DNA from: an uncultured delta proteobacterium
GTDB taxonomy: Bacteria > Desulfobacterota > Desulfuromonadia > Desulfuromonadales > JACZKF01
Reading direction: 5' to 3'
DNA: 64,000 nucleotides
Assembly: GCA_963816395.1 (NCBI GenBank)
Contig: CAWFKQ010000007.1
Span: 32,001 to 96,000 of the forward strand
The position numbers and the translations under genes were made by a program. Shown here piece after piece: positions 62,934 through 64,000 of the stretch (its first letter is position 1; each line of letters starts with the position of its first letter). Under the pieces are notes generated by a model. The model did no database searches and was not told the origin of the DNA. It worked only from the letters and a program-made list of their open reading frames with translations.

Positions 62934-64000
62934 TCAGCCCTGGACGAAATCAGCGGCCGCCTGCATCACCCGCTCGAGTTCGGCGGCGCTTCCCGCCTCG
63001 GCATAGACCCGCACCACCGGCTCGGTTCCCGACTTGCGGAAAAGCATCCAGGAGCCGTCGGTGAAAAGGAATTTGGCTCCATCGACGGTAATCACCTGGG
63101 CGACCTTCTTCCCGCCCACGGCAGCCGGCGGCGCGGCCAGTTTTCCGCCCAGGCTCTCCTCCAATTCAGGCGAGAGATGGATATTCTGCCGGCGCGTGTG
63201 AAACTCCCCCACCCGCCGGTAGAGATCGGCAAGCAGCTCGCCCAGGGACTTGCCGGTGACCGCCACCATCTCCGCCACCAGCAGACAGGCGAGGATGCCG
63301 TCCTTGTCGGGTACATGTCCGCGCACGGTCAGGCCGGCACTTTCCTCGCCGCCGATGAGAATGCGGTCGTCGCGGATGAATTCGCCGATGAACTTGAAGC
63401 CGACCGGGGTCTCCAGGATCTGCAGACCGTGGTGGCGGGCGACGGCATCGACGAAGTGAGAGGTGGCTACCGAGCGGGCGACGTCGCCGGTCTGCTTTTT
63501 CACCCGCACCAGATAATCGGCGAGCAGGGCAAGGATATAGTTGGGCTCGATGAAGGAGCCGTCGCCATCGACAATGCCGTAGCGATCGGCATCGCCGTCG
63601 GTTGCCACCCCGAGGCGAATGGCCGGATCGCTCTTCACCAGGGCGATGAAGTCGCCGATATGCTCTGCCGCGGGCTCGGGGGGATGGCCGCCGAAGTAGG
63701 GGTCGGCATGATCGTTGATGGCGACCACCGGCGCTCCCGCCGCACGCAGCAGTTCATCGAGATAGCCCCGGGCGGTCCCATACAGGGTGTTGACTGCGAT
63801 CTTCATTCCGGAGCGGCCGATGGCGTCAAAATCGATCAGCTTGCGAACCTTCTCGAAGTAGGCAGCGCGCGGATCGATCTCCTCCACCAGGCCGGCCGCG
63901 AAGGCCTGGTCCATCGGCATCTGCCGATAGCACATCTCCCCGATCATGGCATTGGCACGGGTTTCGATGTCGCGGGTGGTTTCGGGCAATGCCGGCCCGC
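62934..64000 (-). CDS. Phosphoglucomutase/phosphomannomutase family protein (5'-truncated by window)
   Basis: DGDADR, VGFKFI, GGEESAG, RKSGTEP. Confidence 0.92.
   Translation of the reverse strand, partial: GPALPETTRDIETRANAMIGEMCYRQMPMDQAFAAGLVEEIDPRAAYFEKVRKLIDFDAIGRSGMKIAVNTLYGTARGYLDELLRAAGAPVVAINDHADPYFGGHPPEPAAEHIGDFIALVKSDPAIRLGVATDGDADRYGIVDGDGSFIEPNYILALLADYLVRVKKQTGDVARSVATSHFVDAVARHHGLQILETPVGFKFIGEFIRDDRILIGGEESAGLTVRGHVPDKDGILACLLVAEMVAVTGKSLGELLADLYRRVGEFHTRRQNIHLSPELEESLGGKLAAPPAAVGGKKVAQVITVDGAKFLFTDGSWMLFRKSGTEPVVRVYAEAGSAAELERVMQAAADFVQG

Overview
GC-rich bacterial chromosome segment whose gene content points to Desulfuromonadia (Desulfuromonas/Geobacter-like; inferred, not searched). 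Left to right: (1) end of a hybrid kinase, a sigma-54 activator and a sigma-54-driven cbcBA-like operon (heptaheme c cytochrome with EF-hand plus b cytochrome); (2) an RND efflux pair; (3) an MlaEFD/MCE transporter, CoA-binding, TPR, GNAT-like and AcuC deacetylase genes, and a heme-c sensor kinase; (4) tRNA-Glu and tRNA-Gln; (5) a ~31 kb minus-strand Wzx/Wzy exopolysaccharide cluster lying between these tRNAs and gltX; (6) gltX, a MEMO1-family gene, tauE, a class C group II intron behind the tRNA-Cys terminator, rubrerythrin-like, asmA, hcp, an FmdB zinc ribbon and a partial phosphohexomutase. The most notable item is a cassette inside the EPS cluster: a GEMM-I cyclic-dinucleotide riboswitch in front of etfB-etfA-carrier protein-aminoacyl-carrier dehydrogenase (AnaB/PltE/RedW-like)-stand-alone adenylation enzyme-amidohydrolase-GNAT-initiating sugar transferase. 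It suggests a second-messenger-gated, NRPS-like assembly line that makes an unusual N-acyl substituent for the polysaccharide. The cluster is headed by two paralogous exported proteins that share an unassigned ~370 aa domain. Many ORFs, including housekeeping-type genes, are broken by small indels, most likely sequencing/assembly errors, so their boundaries are approximate. All family assignments come from motif recognition by eye, not database searches.
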